Below are positions 18,968 to 28,717 of a stretch of DNA of 64,000 nucleotides, in pieces; within the stretch, counting starts at the first letter, position 1, and every line of letters starts with the position of its first letter. Source of the DNA: a bacterium (lineage in GTDB: Bacteria > Patescibacteriota > Microgenomatia > Curtissbacterales > GWA2-41-24); NCBI GenBank assembly GCA_021813125.1, contig JAKALT010000001.1, positions 23 to 64,022 of the forward strand, read 5' to 3'. The notes under the pieces were generated by a model that saw only the letters and a program-made list of their open reading frames with translations, was not told the DNA's origin and ran no database searches. A program made the translations under genes and the position numbers.

Positions 18968-19697
18968 AAAAGAGCTAGAACTTATGAAAAAATCAGGTCA
19001 AATTGCTGCCCTTGCTTTAAAAAAAGTCAGGAAAAACATAAAACCAGGGGTGACATGCAAATACCTGGATGACATTGCCCGCCAGGAAATAGAAAATCAG
19101 GGGGCAAAATCTTCTTTTATGACGGTTGAAGACTACAAATATACAATTTGTACAACGGTCAACGAGCAAGTAGTTCATGCTATACCAACAGACCGTGTTC
19201 TCAAAGACGGCGACATAGTAGGTATAGATATCGGCGCGCTCTACAAAGGCTATCACAGTGATTTAGCCTACACGCAACCGGTTGGAAAAGTGTCATCAGA
19301 AACTCAACAATTTCTATCTATAGGCGAATCAACTTTAAAAGCTGCAATAAAAAAAGCTGCCCCAGGGAACAAAATTGGCGATATATCTTCAGTTATCCAA
19401 AACTCAATTGAAGGTGCTGGGTATGCAGTTGTCAAAGAGCTTACAGGCCATGGAGTGGGCAGGGAGCTTCACGAAGAGCCCTATGTTCCCTGCTTCGGTA
19501 AGCCCAACACGGGGCCAATAATTTCCGAAAACATGACACTTGCAATAGAAGTAATCTACACTGCCGGTTCCGGCGAGATTGGCCTGGAGGCGGACAATTG
19601 GACAATATCGGCTGCGGATGGTTCCCTGGGAGGCTTGTTTGAACAGACTATCTTAATAACAAAATCAGGGCCTGTAGTGTTGACGCCGTATATGTAA
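18942..19697 (+). CDS. map: Methionine aminopeptidase type I
   Basis: VNEQVVHAIP, IDIG, HSD, TGHGVGRELHEEP, LAIE; start set at ATG 18942. Confidence 0.96.
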   Translation: MKNNWIKNKKELELMKKSGQIAALALKKVRKNIKPGVTCKYLDDIARQEIENQGAKSSFMTVEDYKYTICTTVNEQVVHAIPTDRVLKDGDIVGIDIGALYKGYHSDLAYTQPVGKVSSETQQFLSIGESTLKAAIKKAAPGNKIGDISSVIQNSIEGAGYAVVKELTGHGVGRELHEEPYVPCFGKPNTGPIISENMTLAIEVIYTAGSGEIGLEADNWTISAADGSLGGLFEQTILITKSGPVVLTPYM

Positions 19698-19723
19698 ATT
19701 AGGTAAAATAACCGTTTAGATCA

Positions 19724-19966
19724 ATGACAAAATCAGGTGTAATAGAAATTCAGGGAGAAGTTACCGAAGCGCTGCCAAATACCATGTTTAGGGTTAAGGT
19801 TTCTGAGGGTCAATTGCCGGGTGTCGAAGGTGACACAGTTGTACTTTGTCACCTATCAGGGAAAATGAGAATTCATTATGTAAGAATCTTGCCGGGCGAT
19901 AAAGTTAAACTAGAGGTTACTCCTTATGATTTAACTAAAGGAAGGATAACTTATAGGTTAGGTTAA
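19724..19966 (+). CDS. infA: Translation initiation factor IF-1
   Basis: [29 protein letters not shown]. Confidence 0.98.
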   Translation: MTKSGVIEIQGEVTEALPNTMFRVKVSEGQLPGVEGDTVVLCHLSGKMRIHYVRILPGDKVKLEVTPYDLTKGRITYRLG

Positions 19967-19967
19967 A

Positions 19968-20081
19968 ATGAAAGTTCAAGCTAGTGTAAAAAAACGCTGT
20001 GTGAATTGTAAAATTGTCAAAAGAAAAGGCAGGCTTTATGTCATTTGCATAAATCCCCGCCACAAACAAAGACAAGGTTAA
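19968..20081 (+). CDS. rpmJ: 50S ribosomal protein bL36 (not in the ORF track)
   Basis: Manual translation [37 protein letters not shown]. Confidence 0.98.
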   Translation: MKVQASVKKRCVNCKIVKRKGRLYVICINPRHKQRQG

Positions 20082-20084
20082 TAT

Positions 20085-20480
20085 ATGGCTAGAATTGCAG
20101 GAATAGATTTACCAAGCGAAAAAAGGATCGAAGCGTCGCTACCTTATATTTTTGGCATTGGTCCGACTTTAGCCAAAAAAATAATCGCATCCTGCAATAT
20201 TGACCCGGACAAAAGAACGAAAAATTTAACAGAAGATGAAGTTAACAAACTTCAAAAGGAAGTCGAAAATTACAAAGTTGAAGGCGATTTAAGGCGAGAG
20301 ATCCAAGGAAACATCAAACGTTTACAGGAAACTGGAACTTATAGAGGCATGCGCCATTCAAAAAGTTTGCCGGCACGAGGTCAGCGTACCAGGGTTAATG
20401 CAAGAACCAAAAGAGGAAAACGTGTCACAATTGGAACAGTTAGAAAAGAAGTCGTTGCCAAAATGGGGGCAGCCTCTTAG
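20085..20480 (+). CDS. rpsM: 30S ribosomal protein uS13
   Basis: [30 protein letters not shown]. Confidence 0.99.
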   Translation: MARIAGIDLPSEKRIEASLPYIFGIGPTLAKKIIASCNIDPDKRTKNLTEDEVNKLQKEVENYKVEGDLRREIQGNIKRLQETGTYRGMRHSKSLPARGQRTRVNARTKRGKRVTIGTVRKEVVAKMGAAS

Positions 20481-20492
20481 TAATTAAAGTCT

Positions 20493-20882
20493 ATGGCAAA
20501 AGTAACTAAGAAAACAAAAAAATCTGTATCGAAACAAACAAGCCACGCAAAGGCGTATGTTACCGCGACTTTTAACAACACTTTAGTAACTCTTACAGAC
20601 ACAAATGGCCAAACTATTGCTTGGGGTTCTGCGGGCGCATCAAATTTCAAAGGGGCAAGAAAATCTACACCATATGCAGCAACCACGGTTGTTGAGGGAG
20701 TTGCAAAAAAAGCCAAAGAACTTGGAGTTCAAAGCGTTGAAATTTATGTCAAGGGCCCCGGACCTGGCCGAGACAGTTCAATTCGTGCTTTCAAAGCAGC
20801 AGGTTTAAATATCACTATGATTGCCGATGTCACACCAATTCCGCACAATGGTCCGCGTGCACAAAAAAGGAGAAGAGTTTAG
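20493..20882 (+). CDS. rpsK: 30S ribosomal protein uS11
   Basis: ATFNNT, RKSTPYAA, DVTPIPHNG. Confidence 0.99.
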   Translation: MAKVTKKTKKSVSKQTSHAKAYVTATFNNTLVTLTDTNGQTIAWGSAGASNFKGARKSTPYAATTVVEGVAKKAKELGVQSVEIYVKGPGPGRDSSIRAFKAAGLNITMIADVTPIPHNGPRAQKRRRV

Positions 20883-20885
20883 AAA

Positions 20886-21494
20886 ATGGCAAGATACACC
20901 GGACCAAAACACAAGTTATGCAGGGCAGAGGGGGTCGCCTTGTGTGGATCTCCAAAATGTCCTGTCATCAGAAAAAATGCTGGCCCCCCAGGCCAACACG
21001 GCCAAAAGGGCAGGAGGAAGACTTCGGAATACGGAACACAACTTAGGGAAAAACAGAAAGTAAAAAGAATGTATGGCGTTTTGGAAAGACAATTTCAAAG
21101 ATACTATGTACTGGCTTCTAAAAAGAAAGAAGCAACTGGTGAAGCCCTTTTGGAACTTTTAGAAACAAGGCTTGACAATGCTGTATACAGGTTGAATTTG
21201 GCATCAAGCAGGCAGCAGGCAAGACAGCTCGTTTCTCATGGTCATGTTTTTGTTAACAATAAAAAGGTGACTATTCCTTCGTTTAATGTTAAAATTGGCG
21301 ACATTGTATCGCTTTCTCCAAAAGCATCAAACTTTGACTTTATAAAGAAATTACAGGAAGCAACAAAAGAAAGCACCATTCCTGCCTGGCTTGAGAAAAA
21401 AGCTACTGTCGGCAAAATTAAATCTAATCCCGGAAGGGAAGATATAGACGTTGAAGTAAACGAAAGGTTAATTGTCGAATTTTACTCAAGATAA
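20886..21494 (+). CDS. rpsD: 30S ribosomal protein uS4
   Basis: MARYTGP, LETRLDNAVYR, ARQLVSHGH, IVEFYSR. Confidence 0.99.
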   Translation: MARYTGPKHKLCRAEGVALCGSPKCPVIRKNAGPPGQHGQKGRRKTSEYGTQLREKQKVKRMYGVLERQFQRYYVLASKKKEATGEALLELLETRLDNAVYRLNLASSRQQARQLVSHGHVFVNNKKVTIPSFNVKIGDIVSLSPKASNFDFIKKLQEATKESTIPAWLEKKATVGKIKSNPGREDIDVEVNERLIVEFYSR

Positions 21495-21542
21495 TAAATA
21501 TAGAATTATAAGAAGAGTCGTAAAGGAGGTGAACTCAAAAAA

Positions 21543-22472
21543 ATGCTCGATTTATCGCAAATAGAAATAGAAACAGAAAAAGAAACAGCCGATTTTGGCA
21601 AGTTTACAATAGAGCCCTTAGACCAAGGTTATGGGCACACTATTGGAAATTCCTTAAGGCGTGTCCTTTTGAGCTCTTTGCCTGGAGCTGCTATAACGCA
21701 GGTAAAAATTTCCGGAGTTCGTCATCAATTTTCATCAATGGCTGGTATGTCCGAAGATATAGTTGAATTTATCTTAAACCTTAAAAAGGTTAGGCTTGTT
21801 ATCTCTTCAGACAAACCGGTAAAGCTGACGCTGGAAGCAAAAGGTCCCGGTGAAGTTAAGGCAAAAGATATTGTTCCAAGCGCAGGCTGCGAGATCATCA
21901 ACAAAGATTTAACACTAGCCCATTTGGCAGATTCAAAATCTAAGCTTTCTGCAACTATCATTGCCGAAAGCGGTAGGGGTTATTCTTTGGCAGACGAGCG
22001 AAAAACAGGCGAAATAGGTGTTATCCCGATCGATGCAAATTTCTCACCTGTTGTAAAAGTTGACTACAAGGTAGAAGCAACCCGTATTGGAAGAGTGACA
22101 AACTTTGATAAGCTGACCCTAATTATCACCACAGATGGCACCCTTAAGCCTTCTGAAGCACTAAAGCAGGCAGCAAAAATCTTAGTTGACCATTTCTCAA
22201 CAATTTATTCGCCACAGCCAAGTGCTAAAAAGACAACCGACGTCCAAAGCGTTGCTCAGACAGCTGTTTCCGAAGACGACCTTAAAGTCTCTCTCGAAGA
22301 ATTAGATCTTCCTGTCAGGCTAACCAATAGCCTTAAGGCAGGCAAAATCGAAACAATTGGAGACTTTTTAGAAAGTGATAAGAAAAGCTTGATGAAGATG
22401 AAAAACATGGGTCCGAAATCAATTGCCATGGTAGAGGAAAAACTTAAAGAGAGAGGATTACAAGTAAAGTGA
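21543..22472 (+). CDS. rpoA: RNA polymerase alpha subunit
   Basis: EPLDQGYGHTIGNSLRRVLLSS, IDANFSPV; perfect SD AAAGGAGGTGA. Confidence 0.99.
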   Translation: MLDLSQIEIETEKETADFGKFTIEPLDQGYGHTIGNSLRRVLLSSLPGAAITQVKISGVRHQFSSMAGMSEDIVEFILNLKKVRLVISSDKPVKLTLEAKGPGEVKAKDIVPSAGCEIINKDLTLAHLADSKSKLSATIIAESGRGYSLADERKTGEIGVIPIDANFSPVVKVDYKVEATRIGRVTNFDKLTLIITTDGTLKPSEALKQAAKILVDHFSTIYSPQPSAKKTTDVQSVAQTAVSEDDLKVSLEELDLPVRLTNSLKAGKIETIGDFLESDKKSLMKMKNMGPKSIAMVEEKLKERGLQVK

Positions 22473-22966
22473 GACACGCTGTATTTGGCCGAAAGCTTGG
22501 AAGGGACACCAATTCCAGAAAAGCTCTTTTGAAAAACTTGTCAGGTGCTCTGATTATAAACGAGTCAGTAACTACAACTTTGGCAAAAACAAAGTTCGTT
22601 AAGCCTTACGTGGAAAAAATGGTCACCTTGGCAAAAGTCAGTAAGTTAGGGTCCAGACGGGTTTTGGCTTCAAGCCTGCCAAAAGCCGCCTTTAAAAAAC
22701 TAACTGAAGAGATAGCGCCCGGTTTTCAAAATAGAGCTGGTGGTTATACCCGCATAATAAAAATAGCCTCAAGGCGCGGTGATGCTGCTGCCATGGCACG
22801 CATCGAATTTATTGCTTGGGATAAACCAAAAACTTTGCAAGCTAAACCCAAAAAACTTGAATCTAAAAAAGAAAGAGTAGAAAGAAAAATTAAAAAGACT
22901 GCAAAACCTAAAAAACCATTAAAAAAAGAGACAACAAAAAAGGCAGTTAAAAAAGCTAAAATATGA
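22469..22966 (+). CDS. rplQ: 50S ribosomal protein bL17, with Lys-rich tail
   Basis: MRH...RKLGR, RAGGYTRIIK, RRGDAAAMA. Confidence 0.98.
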   Translation: MRHAVFGRKLGRDTNSRKALLKNLSGALIINESVTTTLAKTKFVKPYVEKMVTLAKVSKLGSRRVLASSLPKAAFKKLTEEIAPGFQNRAGGYTRIIKIASRRGDAAAMARIEFIAWDKPKTLQAKPKKLESKKERVERKIKKTAKPKKPLKKETTKKAVKKAKI

Positions 22967-23373
22967 AAACAATAAAACCAAAAGATATTAAAAAAAATTG
23001 GCATCTTATAGACGCTAAAGAAAAAATTCTTGGCAGGCTTTCGTCGGAAATAGCTATGCAACTGATGGGAAAAAACAAAAGCATTTATTCACCAAACTTA
23101 GACACCGGTGATTTTGTCGTTGTCGTAAACGCCCAGAAAATATTGCTGTCAGGCAAGAAAGAAAAACAAAAAAAGTACTATCGTCATTCTGGGTATCCTG
23201 GGGGTTTATATATGAAAACTGCTCAACAAGTCAGAGAAAGCAAACCAGAGAATTTAATAAGAAATGCAGTAGAAGGAATGCTTCCCAAAACCAAAATGGG
23301 GAAAGTGATGCTTAAAAAACTTTACGTTTTCCCTGCATCAAGCCATCCTTATCAGGATAAATTCAAAAATTAA
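22963..23373 (+). CDS. rplM: 50S ribosomal protein uL13
   Basis: WHLIDA..LGRL, YYRHSGYPGGL, GMLPK. Confidence 0.99.
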   Translation: MKTIKPKDIKKNWHLIDAKEKILGRLSSEIAMQLMGKNKSIYSPNLDTGDFVVVVNAQKILLSGKKEKQKKYYRHSGYPGGLYMKTAQQVRESKPENLIRNAVEGMLPKTKMGKVMLKKLYVFPASSHPYQDKFKN

Positions 23374-23374
23374 A

Positions 23375-23791
23375 ATGGAAGATCAGACAACAACCAAATC
23401 AAAGCCGTATACCTACGCTGTCGGACGCAGAAAAGAAGCTGTAGCAAGGGTGAGGTTAACAAAAGGAAAAGGGGAGAATGTTGTAAACGGTATATCTATC
23501 GAAAAGTATTTTCCTTCTGAAGCCGCAAAAACTAAATATTTAAAGCCATTTCATCTCACCAAATCTCTGGATTCATATTTTGTTTCTGTAAAAGTAACAG
23601 GTTCCGGGAAAAGCGGTCAGCTTGATGCTGTGGTCCACGGCATTGCCCGTGCTCTTAACGCTGCAAGCGATGAATTCAGGCAAAACTTAAAACGCGCCGG
23701 TCTCCTAACACGGGATCCACGCGTTAAAGAACGCCGTAAATACGGCCTGGCGCAAAAAGCCCGAAAAGGCAAGCAAAGCCCCAAACGATAA
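23375..23791 (+). CDS. rpsI: 30S ribosomal protein uS9
   Basis: GRRKEAVARV, LTRDPRVKERRKYG. Confidence 0.99.
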   Translation: MEDQTTTKSKPYTYAVGRRKEAVARVRLTKGKGENVVNGISIEKYFPSEAAKTKYLKPFHLTKSLDSYFVSVKVTGSGKSGQLDAVVHGIARALNAASDEFRQNLKRAGLLTRDPRVKERRKYGLAQKARKGKQSPKR

Positions 23792-23815
23792 TCAAAAGAT
23801 TTTTAGTGATAGGAT

Positions 23816-24019
23816 TTATTTATCTGAACCGTTATCAGTTTTTTTAGGTAATCCACTATCAGGTGTCTGTGAACTAACAATTTGTGTTGGTGATTCGGGT
23901 ATTCGTGTTGTAAAGGGCCCCACGAGCTCAACGGGCACTTTATGCTCTCCGTCAACGGGCATAATTGGTTTTTTTACGATAGTTTTAAAAATTTCTTTAG
24001 TGCCTTCCAGAAAACCCAT
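23816..24019 (-). CDS. Small hypothetical protein (67 aa)
   Basis: ATG ORF filling the intergenic gap, convergent with rpsI. Confidence 0.45.
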   Translation of the reverse strand: MGFLEGTKEIFKTIVKKPIMPVDGEHKVPVELVGPFTTRIPESPTQIVSSQTPDSGLPKKTDNGSDK

Positions 24020-24120
24020 GACTAATTAATTAGAGCACAAACCAAAATTGTTTGTAAAGTTTGCTTAAAAATTAACAAACGAAATCTCCTCCCATGCGAA
24101 CATGTCAGCAAATCTTTTAT

Positions 24121-24297
24121 TTAATCCACTTTTCTTGCTCGGTCTTTCATCGCTTCTCGTCGAATCCTCGCGGAATCAACAGGTGAGAAGGTTAATGGTA
24201 GCGGAACTTCCTTCCCTTTTAAAACCGGAGTAACCTCATTGGCTACTCCGTCGGGAACAGAAGTGAAAGAGGGCTCTCCCTCTTTTCCTCCATTCAT
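24121..24297 (-). CDS. Small hypothetical protein (58 aa, not in the ORF track)
   Basis: Manual translation MNGGKEGEPSFTSVPDGVANEVTPVLKGKEVPLPLTFSPVDSARIRREAMKDRARKVD. Confidence 0.4.
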   Translation of the reverse strand: MNGGKEGEPSFTSVPDGVANEVTPVLKGKEVPLPLTFSPVDSARIRREAMKDRARKVD

Positions 24298-24383
24298 GAT
24301 TAAACCTTAAAAAAACCGCCCGCCATTTCTGGCGACCGTTTTGGAAATTTTACCTTGTAGCTAAATTGCTGTCAATCCTCTTG

Positions 24384-24454
24384 TCGGGGAGGGGAGAATC
24401 GAACTCCCGATACTGCACCCCCAGCGCAGTGTGTTACCACTATACTACTCCCCG
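24384..24454 (-). tRNA. tRNA-Pro(GGG), CCA not encoded
   Basis: Minus strand acceptor CGGGGAG/CTCCCCG-A; anticodon arm CTGCG-CTGGGGG-TGCAG; T arm GGGAG-TTCGATT-CTCCC. Confidence 0.95.
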
Positions 24455-24652
24455 GCTTAACCTAAAAATAATACCACTACTTTTTCTGAAAGAAAAAGCA
24501 AGGTTCTGTGAGAAATTTGCAACAATTTCACCTGGCAAATTTCGAGCAGGTCCTTATACTACTCCCCGTCGTCGGAACAAATTATATCAAGCATTAATAA
24601 TAACCTCTAGCGCTAACCCTTGTTTTTTAACTAGATCTATAGTAAAACTACT

Positions 24653-25729
24653 ATGAATTTAATGAATACTACAGATGCCAAAAAGCAGGCCATAGCAACC
24701 GCAATTTCCCAAATCGAAAAAGCATACGGTAAAGGGTCCATCATGAAGATGGGCGAATCTGTTGGAAAGTTTGAAGTGGAAGTAATTTCAACAGGTTGCC
24801 TGCCCGTTGACGTTGCACTCGGAACAGGCGGACTCCCGCGCGGCAGGATAATCGAAATTTTTGGTCCCGAGGCGTCTGGCAAAACTACTCTTACATTATC
24901 AACAATTGCCCAAGCCCAAAAAAATGGCGGCAGTGCGGCGCTGATTGACGCCGAGCACGCCCTGGACCCCGCTTGGGCGCAGAAAGTCGGAGTCAATTTA
25001 GATGATTTGTTAATTTCCCAGCCGGATACTGGTGAACAAGCTTTGGAAATCACCGAAACCTTAATTAGATCAGGTGCAATTGATGTCATAGTCATAGATT
25101 CTGTTGCGGCTCTTGTTCCTCGCGCAGAAATAGAAGGGGAAATGGGCGACTCTATGATGGGTGTACAAGCGCGGCTAATGTCACAAGCTTTAAGAAAATT
25201 AACCGGAGTCATCTCCAAAAGTAAAACTGTTGCCATTTTTACCAATCAGTTGCGCGAAAAAATTGGAGTTATGTTTGGCAATCCCGAAACTACACCTGGA
25301 GGTCGAGCCCTCAAATTCTACTCATCAGTTCGATTGGATATTCGGAAAATAGACAATATCAAAGAAGGTGATAAAGTAACCGGATCGCGCCATAGAGTAA
25401 AGGTAGTGAAAAACAAGGTTGCACCGCCATTTAGAATTGCCGAATTCGACATAATGGGCGATGAGGGTATTTCAAGGGAAGGTGGTCTGCTGGACGTTGC
25501 ATTGGAGGCTGGTCTTGTCACCAAAAGCGGCGCATTTTTCCGCTGGGGCACCAAATTGGTAGGTCAAGGCAGGGAAAGCACAAAAGGTTATTTTAAGGAA
25601 CACAAAAAGGATTACGCCCAGTTGGAAAAAGAAATTTGGACCAAAATTAAAAAAGGGCTTCCGACCCAAAAAATTACCAATCACGAGTCGGAAGATGAAA
25701 AAATTTTAGAAGAAATCGCACAAGCCTAA
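24653..25729 (+). CDS. recA: Recombinase RecA
   Basis: [34 protein letters not shown]. Confidence 0.99.
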   Translation: MNLMNTTDAKKQAIATAISQIEKAYGKGSIMKMGESVGKFEVEVISTGCLPVDVALGTGGLPRGRIIEIFGPEASGKTTLTLSTIAQAQKNGGSAALIDAEHALDPAWAQKVGVNLDDLLISQPDTGEQALEITETLIRSGAIDVIVIDSVAALVPRAEIEGEMGDSMMGVQARLMSQALRKLTGVISKSKTVAIFTNQLREKIGVMFGNPETTPGGRALKFYSSVRLDIRKIDNIKEGDKVTGSRHRVKVVKNKVAPPFRIAEFDIMGDEGISREGGLLDVALEAGLVTKSGAFFRWGTKLVGQGRESTKGYFKEHKKDYAQLEKEIWTKIKKGLPTQKITNHESEDEKILEEIAQA

Positions 25730-25730
25730 A

Positions 25731-26387
25731 GTGCCAAAAATAACGGCAATCACTTCACAGAAGAAAAAACCTTCAAGATACAATATTTATTTAGACGAAA
25801 AATTTGCTTTTGGAATAGAGACAGAAAGTTTGCTGAAGCGAAATCTAAAAATAGGCCAAGATTTAACTCAAGATGAAGTAAAAGAAATTACCAAAGAAGA
25901 CAAAATTGGAAATTTAGTAAACAAATCACTTAACTTTCTTTCCTACCGCCCTAGAAGCCAAAGCGAAGTTGAAGTTTACTTGGCCAAAAAAATTGCGGAT
26001 GCGGAAGATGTTAAATTTTCCCAGGCTAAACAAAGCCCAATCATAATTCAAGTTATTGATAAGTTAAAAAAATACAAATTCATAAATGATTATGAGTTTG
26101 CCAAGTGGTTCGTCCAATCAAGACTGAGGACAAATCCAAAAGGTTCAAAGGTAATAATTATGGAATTGAGAAGAAAGAAAATAGACCAATCAATAATCGA
26201 CAAAGTCCAAAATACTTTTCCCGATCAAAAATCGCAAGCCCTAAAATCACTTAAAAAAAAGCTCGAAAAATTTAGAAAATTTCCTGAACCAATATTTAAA
26301 AGCAAAGTTTATATGTACTTAGGATCACGAGGTTTTGACTCGGAAACTATTCGCGAAACGATTGCCTTTTTAGAAAAAAAACGTTAG
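25731..26387 (+). CDS. recX: RecX regulatory protein
   Basis: Follows recA; LSYRPRSQSEV, FINDYEFA, YLGSRGF. Confidence 0.92.
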   Translation: MPKITAITSQKKKPSRYNIYLDEKFAFGIETESLLKRNLKIGQDLTQDEVKEITKEDKIGNLVNKSLNFLSYRPRSQSEVEVYLAKKIADAEDVKFSQAKQSPIIIQVIDKLKKYKFINDYEFAKWFVQSRLRTNPKGSKVIIMELRRKKIDQSIIDKVQNTFPDQKSQALKSLKKKLEKFRKFPEPIFKSKVYMYLGSRGFDSETIRETIAFLEKKR

Positions 26388-26511
26388 AATTGGCAGTTAG
26401 ATAACCAGTATAGAAGTAAAATTACTTTTTAAATGAAAAGAAGTAAATTTATCCCGCTTCAAGTAAAAAGTATATAACCTCATAGAGGCTTCTTTCCTGG
26501 TGTAAAAAATT

Positions 26512-27999
26512 ATGACTTATTTCGACGACCGTAACAAAAGACAAGGTCAGAGTGGCCAGGCAAAAGTAGTAGTTTCTGTTGGAGATAACCATCCGCAACA
26601 TGGTTACCAAGGTCAGGATGCCAGAGACATTATCCAAGACGCACGCGACGAAGCATTTCGGATTAAAAAGGCCGCCGAAGAAGAAGCTCGCAAAATTCGC
26701 CAAGAGTCTTTGGAAATTGAAAAAAGGATAGCGCAAAAAGAAGAATCCCTAGACTCTAAAATTTCCGAAGTGTCAAAACTTGAAGGAAAAATTGAAGTTG
26801 CAAGAAAAGCGCTTGCACAAAAAGAGCAAGAGCTTTCCAAAATACGCGCCGACTTAATAGAAAAACTTGCCAGAGTTTCATCCTTAACTGCTCAAGAGGC
26901 AAAAAAACTTGTCCTTGAAAACGTAGAAGAAGAACTGAAAAGCGAAATTTCCAAAAGGATCAAGGAGGCGGAAGAAAGAATTAAAGCAGAAGCATCTGCA
27001 AAAAGCAAAGAAATCATTGTAAATGCCATGATATCTGGAGCAACAGACTGGGTTGCGGAATATACCGTTTCAACAGTCAAACTGGAATCAGACGACCTAA
27101 AAGGAAGAATAATCGGCAAGGAAGGTCGAAACATTCGCGCGTTTGAGTTAGCAACAGGCGTTGATGTCGAGCTGGACAGTGACATTCAAGGTGAAGTTAG
27201 ACTTTCATCTTTTGACCCGGTTCGTCGTGAGATTGCCAGAAAGGCTCTCGAATGGCTTGTTAAAGATGCCAGAATTCAGCCAACCAGAATAGAGCAGCTT
27301 GTAGAAAAAGCCAAAAAAGAAGTTGCCGAAGACATGTCGGAAGCCGGCAAAAAAGCCGCTAGCGAACTTGGACTCTATAACCTTCCCCAAGAGGCCTTAG
27401 ATACACTAGGTCGTTTAAAATTCCGTTACTCGTATGGCCAAAATCAATTAATAGCTAGTCTTGAAACAGGAAAGATTGCCAAAAAAATCGCTCAAGAAGT
27501 TGGCGCAAACGACATAACTTGCGCCACAGGAGGCTTGTTTCACGATATCGGCAAAACCGAAGTCGACAAAGAAGGCACCCATGTTCAGCTTGGTGTCCAA
27601 CTGGCAAAAAAATGGAACTTTCCTCAAGCCATTGTTGATTGCATTGCGCAGCACCACGAAGACGAACCCTTTAGCTCAATAGAATCAATAATAGTGCACG
27701 TTGCAGATGCTGTATCTGGAGCACGGCCTGGCGCTCGACACGAAGCAGTAGAGGATTACATAAAGCGACTTACCGACATTGAAAACGTTGCGACATCTTT
27801 CCCGGGCGTAGAAAAAGCATACGCAATTCAAGCAGGCAGGGAAGTTAGAGTAATCGTTCAGCCAAACATAATAGATGACGAGGGAATTGTTACATTGTCA
27901 CACGACATAAGGCAAAAGCTTGAAGCTCAGCTAAACTACCCGGGACAAATAGTTGTTACTGTAATACGCGAAACTCGAGCAGTAGACATTGCCAAGTAA
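26512..27999 (+). CDS. rny: Ribonuclease Y
   Basis: Coiled coil; KH domain KGRIIGKEGRNIR; HD domain HDIGK, HHE, ADAVSGARPGAR. Confidence 0.96.
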   Translation: MTYFDDRNKRQGQSGQAKVVVSVGDNHPQHGYQGQDARDIIQDARDEAFRIKKAAEEEARKIRQESLEIEKRIAQKEESLDSKISEVSKLEGKIEVARKALAQKEQELSKIRADLIEKLARVSSLTAQEAKKLVLENVEEELKSEISKRIKEAEERIKAEASAKSKEIIVNAMISGATDWVAEYTVSTVKLESDDLKGRIIGKEGRNIRAFELATGVDVELDSDIQGEVRLSSFDPVRREIARKALEWLVKDARIQPTRIEQLVEKAKKEVAEDMSEAGKKAASELGLYNLPQEALDTLGRLKFRYSYGQNQLIASLETGKIAKKIAQEVGANDITCATGGLFHDIGKTEVDKEGTHVQLGVQLAKKWNFPQAIVDCIAQHHEDEPFSSIESIIVHVADAVSGARPGARHEAVEDYIKRLTDIENVATSFPGVEKAYAIQAGREVRVIVQPNIIDDEGIVTLSHDIRQKLEAQLNYPGQIVVTVIRETRAVDIAK

Positions 28000-28027
28000 T
28001 TTTTAGCTTGCTATAATAACTCTTCAA

Positions 28028-28300
28028 ATGACAAAAAAAGAACTTACAGAACGAGTTGCTAAAAAAGTCGGCCTAACCAGAAAATCCGCAGAACAAGCTG
28101 TTAATACTATCTTTGGCATAATCAAAGAATCAATGGTTAAAGGAGACAAAGTAGTAATTACAGGCTTTGGAACCTTTAAAGTTCGAAAACGTGCGACACG
28201 TGCTGGAAGAAATCCGCAAACAGGATCCTCAATAAAAATAGCAGGCCACAAACTGCCCGGCTTTACTGCCGGAAAAACCCTCAAGCGTCTAATCAAATAG
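28028..28300 (+). CDS. hup: DNA-binding protein HU
   Basis: MTKKEL, GFGTFKV, GRNPQTG; promoter TTGCCA-17-TATAAT at 27989-28017. Confidence 0.96.
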   Translation: MTKKELTERVAKKVGLTRKSAEQAVNTIFGIIKESMVKGDKVVITGFGTFKVRKRATRAGRNPQTGSSIKIAGHKLPGFTAGKTLKRLIK

Positions 28301-28307
28301 AAGATAA

Positions 28308-28634
28308 CTAAGCGGCCCGACGTAACTCTTTTAAACCATCCGCGTCAACAAGAAGGTTGGCTATCCGTTTTTGTACTCTGACCTCAGTGATTTGCGCTGG
28401 TGAATCCTTTGCAAGGGGAGCTGACAATGTACCTGAAGCAGTTTCTATCAACGGGTTATCGATTACCTCAGCATCTGTTAACTCAGATAAGGCCTCAAGC
28501 TCAAGCTGGGTGGCCGGATTGGGAAGACCTTTTTTGGTTCTTACATGTTCGACGAGACGCGCTCTAACAGCATTTAATTCTACTGGCGCATCAGTAATGT
28601 CAAGTACTTCTAATCTGTCTTTTTCGTTTCCCAT
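28308..28634 (-). CDS. Hypothetical protein (108 aa)
   Basis: ATG ORF with GGAGG upstream on the minus strand; fills the hup-miaB gap. Confidence 0.6.
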   Translation of the reverse strand: MGNEKDRLEVLDITDAPVELNAVRARLVEHVRTKKGLPNPATQLELEALSELTDAEVIDNPLIETASGTLSAPLAKDSPAQITEVRVQKRIANLLVDADGLKELRRAA

Positions 28635-28717
28635 AAAAAAACGAGCCTCCTAGCTGGTCGCAATATACCCTTTTGTTGCCTAGAAGTCAAACGAAAACCA
28701 TGCTAAAATTTGCCAAA

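Noticed and set aside
24500-24652. LexA/SOS box upstream of recA
   Set aside because: No match to the CTGT-N8-ACAG or GAAC-N4-GTTC boxes I know; the 9-bp inverted repeat is reported under the tRNA finding without a functional call
24366-24656. 96-aa ORF on the plus strand
   Set aside because: Antisense to tRNA-Pro and its promoter region; spurious
26388-26511. Structured leader or 14-codon uORF before rny (three AAGTAAA repeats)
   Set aside because: Very AT-rich with short helices only; cannot be supported by eye
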